DNA from: an uncultured Solirubrobacterales bacterium
Lineage (GTDB): Bacteria > Actinomycetota > Thermoleophilia > Solirubrobacterales > Solirubrobacteraceae
DNA: 64,000 nucleotides
Assembly (NCBI GenBank): GCA_963703065.1
Contig: OY969785.1
Coordinates: 2,014,116 to 2,078,115, forward strand
Direction of reading: 5' to 3'
Of this stretch, positions 28,404-38,296 are shown in pieces. The notes under the pieces are model-generated. The model saw only the letters and a program-made list of their open reading frames with translations. It did no database searches and had not been told where the DNA came from. Each line of letters starts with the position of its first letter. Within the stretch, counting starts at the first letter, position 1. The position numbers and the translations under genes were made by a program.

Positions 28404-29915
28404 CTAAACCCGGGTGCGGAGCGCCTTGCGGTCGATCTTCCCCACCGGCGTGAGCGGCACGCTCTGGACCACGTGCACCTCACGCGGGTACTTGTAGCCG
28501 CCGATCCGCTCCCGGGCCCAGGCCACGAGCGCTGCGCCGTCCAGCTCACTGCCGCCGCGCAGCGAGACGAATGCCACCACCTCCTCGCCGTAGCGCGAGT
28601 CGGGACGGCCGACGACGCCGGCCAGCTCGACCTCGGGGTGCTCGACGAGCGCGTCCTCGATGTCGCGGGGGTAGACGTTGAAGCCGCCCCGGATGATGAG
28701 GTCCTTCTTGCGGTCGACGATGAACAGGTAGCCGTCGGAATCGAAGCGGCCGAGATCGCCGGTGAAGAGCCATCCGTCGCGCAGCGCCTCGTCGGTCGCC
28801 TCGGGCGCGTTCCAGTAGCCGCGGGTCACGCCGGGGGAGCGGACGCACACCTCGCCCACCTCGCCCGAGGGGGCGGCCGTCCCGTCCTCGGCGGTGATCC
28901 GCACCTCGGTCCCCGGCACCGGGAGTCCGACCGAGCCGTCCCGCTCCCGCCCGGTCGGGTTGGTCGACACAAGCGCGGCGGTCTCGGTCAGGCCGTACCC
29001 CTGGCGGATCGACACCCCGGGGACGCGGCGGCGGAACTCCTCGGCCAGCTCGGGTGCCAGCGGCGCGCCGCCGGAGCTGAGGAAGCGGAGTGTGTCGAGC
29101 CGGTAGGACTCGAGCGGCTCGGAGAGCAGCAGGCCGAACATCGTGGGCACCAGCGCGCTCTGCTGGATGCCGTGTTCGGCGATCAGCGACAGGAACTGCT
29201 TCGGCTCGAACCACCGCGTGAGCACGGCCACCGGAGGCTCGGGCGCGTGCAGACCGGCCAGAGTGACCAGCAGACCGTAGGCGTGGGAGAGCGGCAGCGT
29301 CCCCAGCGCCCGGGTGATGCCCGGCGTGTGCGCCGCCTGTTGCGCTGCGCCACCCGTGTAGTGCAGGTTGGCGTGAGTGAGCATCACGCCCTTGGCCCGC
29401 CCGGTCGTCCCGCCGGTGTACAGGAGTGCCGCCAGCTCGTCGTCGCCGCGCGCGACGATCTCGGTCGGGTCCGCCGCCTCGAGCGACTCGAGTGATGTGA
29501 CGCCCTCGCCGCCGCCGGGACAGACGAGGATCGGGGCCGGATCGAGACCGGCCAGCGCCTCCTGCGCCCGGGGGAGGAGCTCGGGCGTGGTGATCACCAC
29601 CCGCGCGCCGGAGTCGAGCACGATCCCCCGCAGGTCGCTCGCCGGGAGCAGGAACGTGACCGGTGTCACCACGCCCCCGGCGCGCCAAACCGCGCTGTAG
29701 GCGATCGCCACCTCCGGGCAGTTCGCCATCGTGACGGCCACTCGGTCGCCCGGCTCGATGCCGAGTGCCCGCAGCCCGCCGGCCAGCCGCCGACCCCGCT
29801 CGAACAGCTCGCCCGAGCGGTGCCACCGCCCCTCGAACCACAGCGATTCGTAGTCGCCGCGGCGCTCGTGAGCCGTCTCTCCCAGACGGGCCAGGTTCTG
29901 CGCGCTCACGGCCAC
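28404..29915 (-). CDS. Long-chain fatty acid--CoA ligase (AMP-binding)
   Basis: YTGGTTGRAKG, QGYGLTE, TGDLG, DRKKDLIIRGG, GKIDRK. Confidence 0.93.
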   Translation of the reverse strand: MAVSAQNLARLGETAHERRGDYESLWFEGRWHRSGELFERGRRLAGGLRALGIEPGDRVAVTMANCPEVAIAYSAVWRAGGVVTPVTFLLPASDLRGIVLDSGARVVITTPELLPRAQEALAGLDPAPILVCPGGGEGVTSLESLEAADPTEIVARGDDELAALLYTGGTTGRAKGVMLTHANLHYTGGAAQQAAHTPGITRALGTLPLSHAYGLLVTLAGLHAPEPPVAVLTRWFEPKQFLSLIAEHGIQQSALVPTMFGLLLSEPLESYRLDTLRFLSSGGAPLAPELAEEFRRRVPGVSIRQGYGLTETAALVSTNPTGRERDGSVGLPVPGTEVRITAEDGTAAPSGEVGEVCVRSPGVTRGYWNAPEATDEALRDGWLFTGDLGRFDSDGYLFIVDRKKDLIIRGGFNVYPRDIEDALVEHPEVELAGVVGRPDSRYGEEVVAFVSLRGGSELDGAALVAWARERIGGYKYPREVHVVQSVPLTPVGKIDRKALRTRV

Positions 29916-30003
29916 CCGCCGACCATATCGACGTCGGCGGCCGCTGCCGCTTCGTGCCAGCTGCCGCTACAATAATGCTTGCCGGCAGGCAACTATTCAC
30001 CCG

Positions 30004-30465
30004 ATGAGCGTCGACTCCCCACCCATCTCCGACTCCGAACACGCCGTCCAGCTCCGGCGAGTGATCTTGCGGCTCGCTCGTCGGGTCCGGCCGACTGCCG
30101 CCGCCGCCGCCGCCGGACTGTCGCCCTCCCGAGCCACGATCCTGCTCGACATCGATCGCCGCGGGCCCCTCCGCCTGGCCGAGGTGGTCCTCGGCGACGG
30201 CTTCAACCCGACGATGGTCTCCCGCACCATCTCCGACCTGACGGCCGACGATCTCGTCAGTCGCACCGCCGACGCACGCGACCGGCGCAGCGGCTGGGTG
30301 CGCGCCACGCCGCGAGGCCATCGGTTGGCCGAGCGGATCCGGCGAGAGCGCGCGGCGGCGCTGAACCGCGCGCTCGCCGAGCTGGCGGCTGAGGACCGGC
30401 GAACGATCGTCGCCGCCCTGCCCGCGTTCGCCGCGCTCGCCGATCAGCTCGAGGTCGCGCTGTGA
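30004..30465 (+). CDS. MarR family regulator
   Basis: DARDRRS wing motif; coupled to the downstream MFS. Confidence 0.88.
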   Translation: MSVDSPPISDSEHAVQLRRVILRLARRVRPTAAAAAAGLSPSRATILLDIDRRGPLRLAEVVLGDGFNPTMVSRTISDLTADDLVSRTADARDRRSGWVRATPRGHRLAERIRRERAAALNRALAELAAEDRRTIVAALPAFAALADQLEVAL

Positions 30466-31751
30466 CCGAGGCCGCCCGCCGCGCCGGCCGCACGACGTTC
30501 GCCGCCCTGGCGGTGCCGAACTACCGCCGCTATGTCAGCGGACAGGCGATCTCGCTCATCGGCACCTGGATGCAGATGACCGCTCAGTCGTGGCTCGTGC
30601 TGACCCTCACCCACTCCGGTACGACCCTCGGCTTCGTGCTGGCCCTCCAGACCCTCCCGGTCCTGCTGCTGGCGCCCTATGGCGGCGTCATCGCCGACCG
30701 GATCGACAAGCGGCGCCTGATGATCGCCCTGCAGAGCGCCATGGGAGTGCAGGCGGTGGTGCTGGGCGTGCTGACGGTGACCGGGGCGGTCCGCGTGTGG
30801 GAGATCGCGGTGCTGGCGGCGCTGCTCGGACTGAACAACGCGTTCGAGAACCCGGCCCGTCAGTCGTTCATGCTCGAGCTCGTCGGCTCCGATCACCTCC
30901 GCAACGCGGTCAGCCTGAACTCGGTGATGGTCAACCTGGCGCGGATCGTCGGCCCCGCCGTGGCCGGGCTGCTGATCGCCGGGGTCGGCGACGGCGTCTG
31001 CTTTCTGATCAACGGGGGGAGCTTCGTCGCCGTCATCGCCTCGCTGATGCGGATGGACCGGCAGGAGCTGCGGCCGACCGAGCCCGCTCCGCGGGCGCCC
31101 GGGCAGCTGCGCGAGGGCCTGCGCTACGTCCGCCGCACCCCGGCGCTCGCCACGCCGCTGCTGATGATGGGGCTCGTCGGCTGTCTCACCTACGAGTTCC
31201 AGGTCTCGCTGCCGGTGATGGCGAGCCGCGGTCTGCACGCCGGCGCCCGTGGGTTCGGGTTCATGACCGCCGCGATGGGCCTCGGCGCGGTGCTCGGCGG
31301 TCTCGTGATCGCCACCCGGGGCCGGACCGGGCTGCGTCCGCTCGTGCTGAGCGTCCTCGGCTTCGGCGTGGCCATGGCGGCGGCCACGGTGGCCCCGAAC
31401 CTGGGGGTCGAGCTGTTCGCGCTGAGCCTGGTCGGGGGTGCTGCGCTGTCGTTCATGTCGACCGGGAACTCGACCCTCCAGCTGAACGCGGACCCCACCA
31501 TGCGGGGGCGGGTGATGTCGCTGTGGTTCGTCGCGTTCCAGGGCTCGACGCCGATCGGGGCGCCGATCATCGGCGGGGTGATGGAGGCGTTCGGCCCCCG
31601 CGCCGGGCTCGGGGTCGGTGCCCTCACCTGCCTGCTCGCCGGTGCTCTCGGCTGGTTGGCCTCGACTCGAGGCCGCGCCTCGAGGCACCAGACCGGCGCG
31701 GCGGCCGGCCTCGTCCGCCCGGCCGGCGGTCGGCTCGCCACGCGGCGCTGA
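30462..31751 (+). CDS. MFS transporter (MFS_3/DHA3-like)
   Basis: NYRRY...SLIGTWMQ, GVIADRIDKRRL, PARQSF, MRGRVMS. Confidence 0.92.
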   Translation: MTEAARRAGRTTFAALAVPNYRRYVSGQAISLIGTWMQMTAQSWLVLTLTHSGTTLGFVLALQTLPVLLLAPYGGVIADRIDKRRLMIALQSAMGVQAVVLGVLTVTGAVRVWEIAVLAALLGLNNAFENPARQSFMLELVGSDHLRNAVSLNSVMVNLARIVGPAVAGLLIAGVGDGVCFLINGGSFVAVIASLMRMDRQELRPTEPAPRAPGQLREGLRYVRRTPALATPLLMMGLVGCLTYEFQVSLPVMASRGLHAGARGFGFMTAAMGLGAVLGGLVIATRGRTGLRPLVLSVLGFGVAMAAATVAPNLGVELFALSLVGGAALSFMSTGNSTLQLNADPTMRGRVMSLWFVAFQGSTPIGAPIIGGVMEAFGPRAGLGVGALTCLLAGALGWLASTRGRASRHQTGAAAGLVRPAGGRLATRR

Positions 31752-31826
31752 GCCCCGCCCGCCCCCGGCCGGGGAAGCCGCGATCGGTTGGACGGCCTCC
31801 GGAGCGGGTAGGCCAGCGGGGCGGAG

Positions 31827-32306
31827 GTGACGATCGTGGAGGCCAGCACATTCGTTCAGACGTTCCCGGCAGTGCCGGACTCGGTTCCGGTGGCGCGGCG
31901 TGCGCTGGTGGAGTTCGCCGTGGCGGCGGGGGCCGATGCCCGACAGGCGGAGGACATCCGGCTGTCGGCCAGCGAGGCGCTGACCAACGTCGTGCTCCAC
32001 GCCTATCGGGGGACCGAAGGCTCCATCCACGTCCGCGCCAGCCTGGCCGGCGAGGAGCTGTGGGTGCTGATCGGTGACGACGGCAGCGGCCTCCAGGCGC
32101 GCAACGACAGCCCCGGCCTGGGCGTCGGCCTGGCGTTGATCGCGCAGACGAGCGACGGGCTGACGATCATGGACCGGGCGTGCGGCGGCATCGAGGTGCG
32201 GATGCGCTTCGTCCTCGAGCCGGATCCGGTCGACGGCGCCTACGAGCGGGGATCCAACCTCTCCGCCGCCTCGCCGGCCGCGCCGCCCTTCTCGACCACG
32301 ACGTAG
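31827..32306 (+). CDS. RsbW-like anti-sigma factor / ATP-binding protein (HATPase_c_2)
   Basis: SEALTNVVLHAY, DDGSG, GLGVGLALI. Confidence 0.88.
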   Translation: MTIVEASTFVQTFPAVPDSVPVARRALVEFAVAAGADARQAEDIRLSASEALTNVVLHAYRGTEGSIHVRASLAGEELWVLIGDDGSGLQARNDSPGLGVGLALIAQTSDGLTIMDRACGGIEVRMRFVLEPDPVDGAYERGSNLSAASPAAPPFSTTT

Positions 32307-32566
32307 GCCGACTGCCGCTCCACCACCGCCTCCACCTCGGGTAGCTCATGGCCGGGGGCGACGATGAACCGGCGGGCATGGCCGCGGACGCGCTCGTAAT
32401 CGGGCAGCGGCACCGCGATGAGCAGGTTGCACCCGAGCCGCGCGCACTCGCAGCGGAAGCTGGCCGGCTTGTCGTCGCCGGGCCACTGTCCGCGCGCGAT
32501 CCCCTCGTTGACCTCGCGGAAGGTGTCCTCGTTGGCCGCCAGCCGCTCCTGCACGTTCTGATCCAT
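32240..32566 (-). CDS. Hypothetical small putative metal-binding protein
   Basis: NEDTFREVNE...FRCECARLGC...PGHE; GC-typical codon usage. Confidence 0.8.
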   Translation of the reverse strand: MDQNVQERLAANEDTFREVNEGIARGQWPGDDKPASFRCECARLGCNLLIAVPLPDYERVRGHARRFIVAPGHELPEVEAVVERQSAYVVVEKGGAAGEAAERLDPRS

Positions 32567-32607
32567 GCTGCGGCTATCGTCCCAGAATCGCGCCGTCGGG
32601 GCGCGGA

Positions 32608-32781
32608 TCAGCCGCGCGGCGGGTGGCGCAGCGCCCCGACCACGCCGGTGGCGAACAGCACGAGTACGAGCAGTGCCAGCACGCTGACCCCGGTGAGGCC
32701 GTAGCGGCCGATGTCGATGACCGTCAGCACGGCGAGCGCGACGATGAACACGAGCGTGATCGCCAGCAGCAGGAGCCGCAT
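32608..32781 (-). CDS. Small membrane protein (57 aa, 2 TM)
   Basis: MRLLLLAITLVFIV...GALRHPPRG; start overlaps the rhomboid stop (TGATG). Confidence 0.7.
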   Translation of the reverse strand: MRLLLLAITLVFIVALAVLTVIDIGRYGLTGVSVLALLVLVLFATGVVGALRHPPRG

Positions 32782-33554
32782 CAGGCGACCGGGAAGCGAC
32801 GCGGGACGGCCTGGCGGCGCGTGGCGAGCAGGCGGATCGTCAGCAGCCCGAAGGCGAAGCCGCCGACGTGGGCGAAGTAGGCCACTCCGCCCCCGCCGCC
32901 GCCCGGGTTGGTGAGATCGAACGCGCCGAACAGCGCCTGCTCGGCGAACCACACCCCGAGCATGACCAACGCCGGCAGCTCGATCACGGTGAAGAACAGG
33001 ATGATGAACACGAACGTCAGCACGCGGGCGCGGGGGTAGAGCAGGATGTAGCCGCCGAGCACGGCGGCGATCGCCCCCGAGGCCCCGATCGTCGGCGCCG
33101 TCGAGTTCGGGCCGATCGCCGTCTGCAGCGCGAGCGCCGCGGTTCCCCCCAGGAGGTAGAAGGCGAGGAACTTCAGCGATCCCATGGCGTCCTCGACGTT
33201 GTTGCCGAAGATCCACAGGAACAGCATGTTGCCGCCGATGTGCAGGATCGAGGCGTGCATGAACATGCTGCTCAGGACGGTCTGCCAGGTCGGGATCGAG
33301 TCGACCACCCCGGCCTGCCGGGTGCACCCCAGCTCGGTCCCACCGGCCGCGCTGAGCACACCACAGTGCTCGCCGGGATGGGTGAGCGCATAGGGGACGG
33401 CGCCGTACTTCACCGTCTCGTGGATGTCCGGGCCGGAGATGATCGACCCGCCGTGTCGGATGGCCAGCAGGTAGACGACGACGTTGGCCAGGATGAGGGC
33501 CACCGTCACCAGCGGGAACCGGTCGGTCGGGATGTTGTCCTTGATCGGGATCAT
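32781..33554 (-). CDS. Rhomboid intramembrane serine protease
   Basis: HIGGNMLFL, GASGAI, AHVGGF. Confidence 0.95.
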   Translation of the reverse strand: MIPIKDNIPTDRFPLVTVALILANVVVYLLAIRHGGSIISGPDIHETVKYGAVPYALTHPGEHCGVLSAAGGTELGCTRQAGVVDSIPTWQTVLSSMFMHASILHIGGNMLFLWIFGNNVEDAMGSLKFLAFYLLGGTAALALQTAIGPNSTAPTIGASGAIAAVLGGYILLYPRARVLTFVFIILFFTVIELPALVMLGVWFAEQALFGAFDLTNPGGGGGGVAYFAHVGGFAFGLLTIRLLATRRQAVPRRFPVA

Positions 33555-33581
33555 CCGGGCGGCGCCGCGGAGCGCCCGATG

Positions 33582-34979
33582 TCAGTGCGCCAGCGAGACG
33601 GCGGCGGACGCGAGCCGCCACGGCTGCGCCTCGTCCCCGTTGAGCGTCAGCGTCCAGTGCTCGGCGAATCGCACCTCGCGGTTCGGGTCACCGGCGAGCA
33701 CCGCCGTCGTGTCCCGGTCCTCCAGGTAGCGCCGTCCGCTCAGCTCCAGCTCCAGCGCCAAGGCCGGTGGGAGCGCCGCGGGGTCGAGTGCCGTGATCCG
33801 GATCTGGCCGATCGCCAGGCCGCGCACGACGAGTCGACTGCGCGGGCCGTCCGGGTGGAGCAGGGCCTGCAGGGCGTCCGGCTCGGCGAGCTCACGCAGC
33901 GTCGCGTCCGAGCCGTCGACCGCCTCCACCCACGCCTGGACCGCCCGCCGCGCAGCCACTTCGAGCACGTCGGGGGCAAAGCGACCGTCGGCCAGGCTGA
34001 GGTCGTTGGCGGCGGCGCGGGCATCGCCGGCGAAGTCGAGATCGGCCAGCTCGGCCAGGTTCGTCCCCTCCGGGACCGCCTCGGCCACGGCGCCGGCGAC
34101 GAGCGCCTCGTCGCGCAGGTGGCGCTCGTCGCTCCACGGCGTGGCGACGATCTCGTCACTGAGCGCGTGGGCGCCCTCCGCCCCCTGCTCGATCGAGACG
34201 AGCACCCAGTGACCCTCCCGCCGGCCGAGGGTCCAGTACTCGCGCGCCCGGACCGTGTCCGACAGCGTGTCGTCGCGGTGGATGTGGCGCCCGAAGCGGT
34301 CCTCGACGTAGTCGCGGACGGTCGCCTCGACGCGGACCGTCACCCGGCCGTCGCCGTCGCCGTCGCTGCGGCGCAGGCCAACGAGGTCGATGTGCGGCTC
34401 ACCCCTCACCTGCACCCGGTTGTGCCAGCCGCGCCGGTCGAAGTCATCGAGCCGCTGCTCCCACTCGGCCAGGAGCTTCGGCGCCACCAGCCCCCGCAGG
34501 GCGATCCGGTCGCCGTTGTCCCAGGCTCGCTGCACCGCGCCGAACAGCTCGGCCGCGGCGGCCCGCACCGCGTCGGGGGCGAACGCGGGATCGTCGTCCG
34601 CCGCCTCCGCGGCGGCGAGCTCGACCCGGCGCTGGCGCCGGCGGATCTGCCGTCGCGCGGCCGGACCGGCGGCCCGCCGCCCCCGCCACCAGATGACGAT
34701 GCGCGGCAGGACGACGAACACCAGGATGGCGAGCGCGATCAGCAGCAGGATCGTGCCGCCACCTCCGTGGCCGAGGGGGATGAAGAAGATGCGCCCATGC
34801 CCGAACGCTCGGCCGAGACCACCGAGGCCGTGGCCGACGCCGCTCAAGCCGTGGCCGAGCCCGCCACCGCCACCGCCTCCGAAGAAGTGGGCGGTGCCGC
34901 CGCCGCCCAGGGCGAGGGCGTCGGGAGCGCCGGCCAGCGCCGCGGCCGCCACCGCCAGGCCTACGAGCCCGCGTCTCAT
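33582..34979 (-). CDS. Tim44-like domain membrane protein (two tandem domains)
   Basis: Signal peptide, Gly-rich linker, TM helix, then two repeats of FAPD...W...E[YH]WTL; ATGA overlap with lipA. Confidence 0.8.
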   Translation of the reverse strand: MRRGLVGLAVAAAALAGAPDALALGGGGTAHFFGGGGGGGLGHGLSGVGHGLGGLGRAFGHGRIFFIPLGHGGGGTILLLIALAILVFVVLPRIVIWWRGRRAAGPAARRQIRRRQRRVELAAAEAADDDPAFAPDAVRAAAAELFGAVQRAWDNGDRIALRGLVAPKLLAEWEQRLDDFDRRGWHNRVQVRGEPHIDLVGLRRSDGDGDGRVTVRVEATVRDYVEDRFGRHIHRDDTLSDTVRAREYWTLGRREGHWVLVSIEQGAEGAHALSDEIVATPWSDERHLRDEALVAGAVAEAVPEGTNLAELADLDFAGDARAAANDLSLADGRFAPDVLEVAARRAVQAWVEAVDGSDATLRELAEPDALQALLHPDGPRSRLVVRGLAIGQIRITALDPAALPPALALELELSGRRYLEDRDTTAVLAGDPNREVRFAEHWTLTLNGDEAQPWRLASAAVSLAH

Positions 34980-35947
34980 GCCGCCGCGGCCGCGTGGAGC
35001 GGGCCGCTCCCGGGCTCGTCCTGCGGGACGTGCTGATCGGCGTGATAGCTCGAGCGCACCAGCGGGCCAGCCGCCACGTGGGCGAAGCCGAGCTCGTAGG
35101 CGGCGGCCTCGAGGGCGGCGAACTCGTCGGGGTGCCAGTAGCGGACCACCGGAAGGTGGTGCTCGGTCGGCCGGAGGTACTGGCCGACGGTCAGCACCTC
35201 GACGTGGTGGGCGCGCAGCTGCTCGAACGCGTCGACCATCTCGGCGAAGCTCTCGCCGAGACCGACCATCAGCCCCGACTTCGTCCGCACCCGTGAGCCG
35301 CCGAGCTCCTTGGCGGTCCGCAGGACGCGGAGGGAGCGGCGCCACGTCGAGCCGCGACGGGCCACCGGGTAGAGCCGTGGCACGACCTCGACGTTGTGGT
35401 TGAACACGTCGGGCCGCTCGGCGAGGACGCGGGCGAGCGGCATCTCCTCGCCGCGGAAGTCCGGGGTGAGGACCTCGACCTTCGTCCGCGGCGCCGCGCG
35501 GCGGATCTGGCGGATGACCGCGGCGAAGGCGTGCGATCCGAGGTCGGGCAGGTCGTCGCGGTCGACGCTCGTGATGACGGCGTGGCGGAGGCCCAGCTTC
35601 GCCACGCTGCGGGCCACCCGGGCCGGCTCGAGCGGGTCGAACCAGGTCGGCTTGCCCGTCTTGACGTGGCAGAAGCCGCAGCGGCGGGTGCAGGTGTCAC
35701 CGAGGATCATGAACGTGGCGGTGCCCCGTTGCCAGCACTCGCCGATGTTCGGGCAGGCCGCCTCGCGGCAGACCGTGTGGAGGTCCTCGGCCTCGATCAG
35801 CCGTGACAGCTCCCGGTAGCGGGAGCCGCCGGGCGCCGGCACCTTGAACCACGGCGGCTTGCGGGCGCGATGCGGCTGGACGTCCGGGCCGAGGACGGTG
35901 AGGACGTCGGCGACGCCGCCGGGATTGGCACGCGATCGGGTGGCCAC
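34976..35947 (-). CDS. lipA: Lipoyl synthase
   Basis: CREAACPNIGEC, CTRRCGFC, RSSY. Confidence 0.97.
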   Translation of the reverse strand: MATRSRANPGGVADVLTVLGPDVQPHRARKPPWFKVPAPGGSRYRELSRLIEAEDLHTVCREAACPNIGECWQRGTATFMILGDTCTRRCGFCHVKTGKPTWFDPLEPARVARSVAKLGLRHAVITSVDRDDLPDLGSHAFAAVIRQIRRAAPRTKVEVLTPDFRGEEMPLARVLAERPDVFNHNVEVVPRLYPVARRGSTWRRSLRVLRTAKELGGSRVRTKSGLMVGLGESFAEMVDAFEQLRAHHVEVLTVGQYLRPTEHHLPVVRYWHPDEFAALEAAAYELGFAHVAAGPLVRSSYHADQHVPQDEPGSGPLHAAAAA

Positions 35948-36014
35948 TGCCCTTGATTGTGCCAATCGCGTGACATTGCTTGGCAATCACCCCGCCCGCT
36001 GGAACGCTCCGGCC

Positions 36015-37019
36015 ATGCCGCCGCCCTCGCCCGGCCCCCTGCGGACGGCGGGACACTATGTCCCGTCGTCTGACCATGGCCAGCGGGAGGCGGGGGTGCG
36101 GGCGCTCGCCGAAGCGCACGGCGGGCCATTCGGGCTGTTCGAGATCCGGCGCCTCGGGATCTCCGGTGAGGTGGCTCGCAAGCGGGTTCAGCGAGGCCGG
36201 TGGTTTCGGATCCACCCCGCTGTCTACAGCCTCGTGCCGCGGCCACTGCTCACTCCCCAGGGTCATCGCGCAGCGGCTGTCCTGGCCTGCGGCCCGGACG
36301 CCTTTCTCTGTTGCCGCGCGGCGGCGGCCCAACGCGGCGTGCGCCCGGACAACCGCACCCGGATCGACGTCGGCGTTCCCCGCCGGTCGGCCGCCCACCG
36401 CCCCGGCATCCACATCCACCGCCTGTCCGACATCCACCCCGACGAGATCGAGCTCACCGCCGGCATCCCCTGCACCACGCTCGCCCGCACGATGCTCGAC
36501 CTCGCTGCCGTGCTGCCCGTCCGCCCCGTCGAGCGGGCGTTGAACGAGGCCGAGGTGCAGGGGATCTTCGACCTCCGCGCGCTGGAGGAGCAGCTCGACC
36601 GCCACCGGGGCCACCGAGGCGCGGCGACGCTCCGCGACGCACTGGACAAGATCGCCGGCGGATCCACCGTGACCTTCTCGTGGTTCGAGGAGCAGATGAT
36701 GCAGGTCGTGGATGCGGCCGGCCTCCCGCGCCCGCGGGTCAACCGGTACATCGATCCGGGCGACGGCGGCCTCCCGGTCCGCGCCGACTTCCACTGGCCC
36801 CGGCACCGCCTGGTCGTCGAGACCGACGGCTGGCAGTTCCACCGCACGCGCGCGGCGTTCGAGTCCAATCGGCGAGGCGATCAGCGACTCGCGCTGCTGG
36901 ACATCCGGGTCCTGCGCTTCACCGATCGCCAGTTCGAGCACGAGCGCCCGCGCGTGACGCGGACGCTCAGCGCGCTGCTGCCAGCGGTCGCGTCGCCGCC
37001 CGCAGCCGCGGCAGGCTGA
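36015..37019 (+). CDS. AbiEi-antitoxin-like / DUF559 (Vsr-like nuclease domain) protein
   Basis: AAVLACG, GIPCTTLARTMLDLA, ADFHWP...VVETDGWQFH...DQRL...VLRFT. Confidence 0.85.
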   Translation: MPPPSPGPLRTAGHYVPSSDHGQREAGVRALAEAHGGPFGLFEIRRLGISGEVARKRVQRGRWFRIHPAVYSLVPRPLLTPQGHRAAAVLACGPDAFLCCRAAAAQRGVRPDNRTRIDVGVPRRSAAHRPGIHIHRLSDIHPDEIELTAGIPCTTLARTMLDLAAVLPVRPVERALNEAEVQGIFDLRALEEQLDRHRGHRGAATLRDALDKIAGGSTVTFSWFEEQMMQVVDAAGLPRPRVNRYIDPGDGGLPVRADFHWPRHRLVVETDGWQFHRTRAAFESNRRGDQRLALLDIRVLRFTDRQFEHERPRVTRTLSALLPAVASPPAAAAG

Positions 37020-37665
37020 CCAGCCGCTGCCGGGCCCCGAGCTCGCGAGCCACCGCGTACGCCGCTCGCTTGCGGAAGCACGGCACGCGTCCGGCGCCGC
37101 CCCCCGTCTCTCGGATCAGCGAGGTCATCTGGACCCCCTCCAGGCCGCACGGGACGATGTAGCCGAACGGCTGGAGGTCGTTCTCCACGTTGACCGCGAA
37201 CCCGTGACTCGTCACGCCATGCTGGACGTGGACGCCGATCGAGGCGATCTTCCGCTCGCCGATCCACACGCCGGTGAAGTCGGCTCCCTCGTCCTCCCGC
37301 GTCCGGGCTGCCACGCCCTCCTCGCCCAGGGCGTCTACCAGCGCCCGCTCCAGCCGCCGCACGTACCTCACCACATCGGTCACGGCGACGATCGGATAGC
37401 CGACGAGCTGTCCCGGGCCGTGGTAGGTGACCTTGCCCCCGCGGTCGGTCTGCACGACGTCGATGCCCTGCATGCGGTACCAGTCCTCGCCCATCGGCAG
37501 CTCGCCGGGCGCCGAGCGCCGGCCCCACGTGTACACCGGGGGGTGCTGGAGGGTCAGCAGCACGTCGGGCACCCGCTCCGCCTGCCGCGCCGCGCGCACC
37601 TCCGCCTGGAGCGCCAGCGCCTCCGTGTAGTCGACCATGCCGAGGTGGCAGACCCACAGCTCCAT
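36967..37665 (-). CDS. lipB: Lipoyl(octanoyl) transferase
   Basis: HPPVYTWGR, RGGKVTYHGPGQ, KIASIG, HGFAVN, IVPCG. Confidence 0.96.
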   Translation of the reverse strand: MELWVCHLGMVDYTEALALQAEVRAARQAERVPDVLLTLQHPPVYTWGRRSAPGELPMGEDWYRMQGIDVVQTDRGGKVTYHGPGQLVGYPIVAVTDVVRYVRRLERALVDALGEEGVAARTREDEGADFTGVWIGERKIASIGVHVQHGVTSHGFAVNVENDLQPFGYIVPCGLEGVQMTSLIRETGGGAGRVPCFRKRAAYAVARELGARQRLVSLPRLRAATRPLAAAR

Positions 37666-37698
37666 CCTCCGGATGGTACGGGGGCGCATCATGTGTCC

Positions 37699-38289
37699 AT
37701 GGGTGAGCGGTACACCCGCTGGCGGTGGCGGCGGCGCGGCGCCTGGCTGTGGCCGGCGTTCACCATCGCGGTCGTCCTCGACGGCCTGATCGGCCACCTG
37801 CTGCCTCCGGCCGGCGAGAGCCAGCACGCGATCGGCGCGGCGCTGCTCGGTGCGTTCTTCGGCCTCGTGGCGGTCATCCTGCTCAGCTGGCCGCTCGGCG
37901 CTCTCGTCCGGCGGCGCCGGCCCGACATGCCGCGGGTGATAGCGCGGGACTACGGGGGCGTGCTGGCTATCGCCACCGTCACCTGCGGGCTGCTGGCGGC
38001 CGGGTTGGTCCACCGCCACGTGATCGAAGCCCACGCGCGGGCGCGGCGCGACGCGATCGTCCAAGCCCAGGCGTTCATCGGTGACCGGGCGCCGGAGCCG
38101 TTCCGTCACGACCTGGCCACGCTCGACGTGTACGCGATCACGCCCGGCCGCATGTACCGCATCTGCGTTCCGGACCCGGGCCGGTTGCGGGCCTACTGCG
38201 TGATCGTCGACTCGCGACGGCCGTTCGGTCAGGCGGTGAGCTTCGCCGGCTACGAGCCGAACTCCGTCTTCGCCCAGGGCGCCGAGTAG
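37699..38289 (+). CDS. Hypothetical membrane protein (3 TM plus soluble domain)
   Basis: Hydrophobic segments; GC-typical codon usage. Confidence 0.72.
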   Translation: MGERYTRWRWRRRGAWLWPAFTIAVVLDGLIGHLLPPAGESQHAIGAALLGAFFGLVAVILLSWPLGALVRRRRPDMPRVIARDYGGVLAIATVTCGLLAAGLVHRHVIEAHARARRDAIVQAQAFIGDRAPEPFRHDLATLDVYAITPGRMYRICVPDPGRLRAYCVIVDSRRPFGQAVSFAGYEPNSVFAQGAE

Positions 38290-38296
38290 CCGGCGC

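Noticed and set aside
29972-29998. Imperfect palindrome AATAATGCTTGCCGGCAGGCAACTATT before marR
   Set aside because: It is plausibly a MarR operator, but it needs a bulge to pair and has no second copy, so it was not called.
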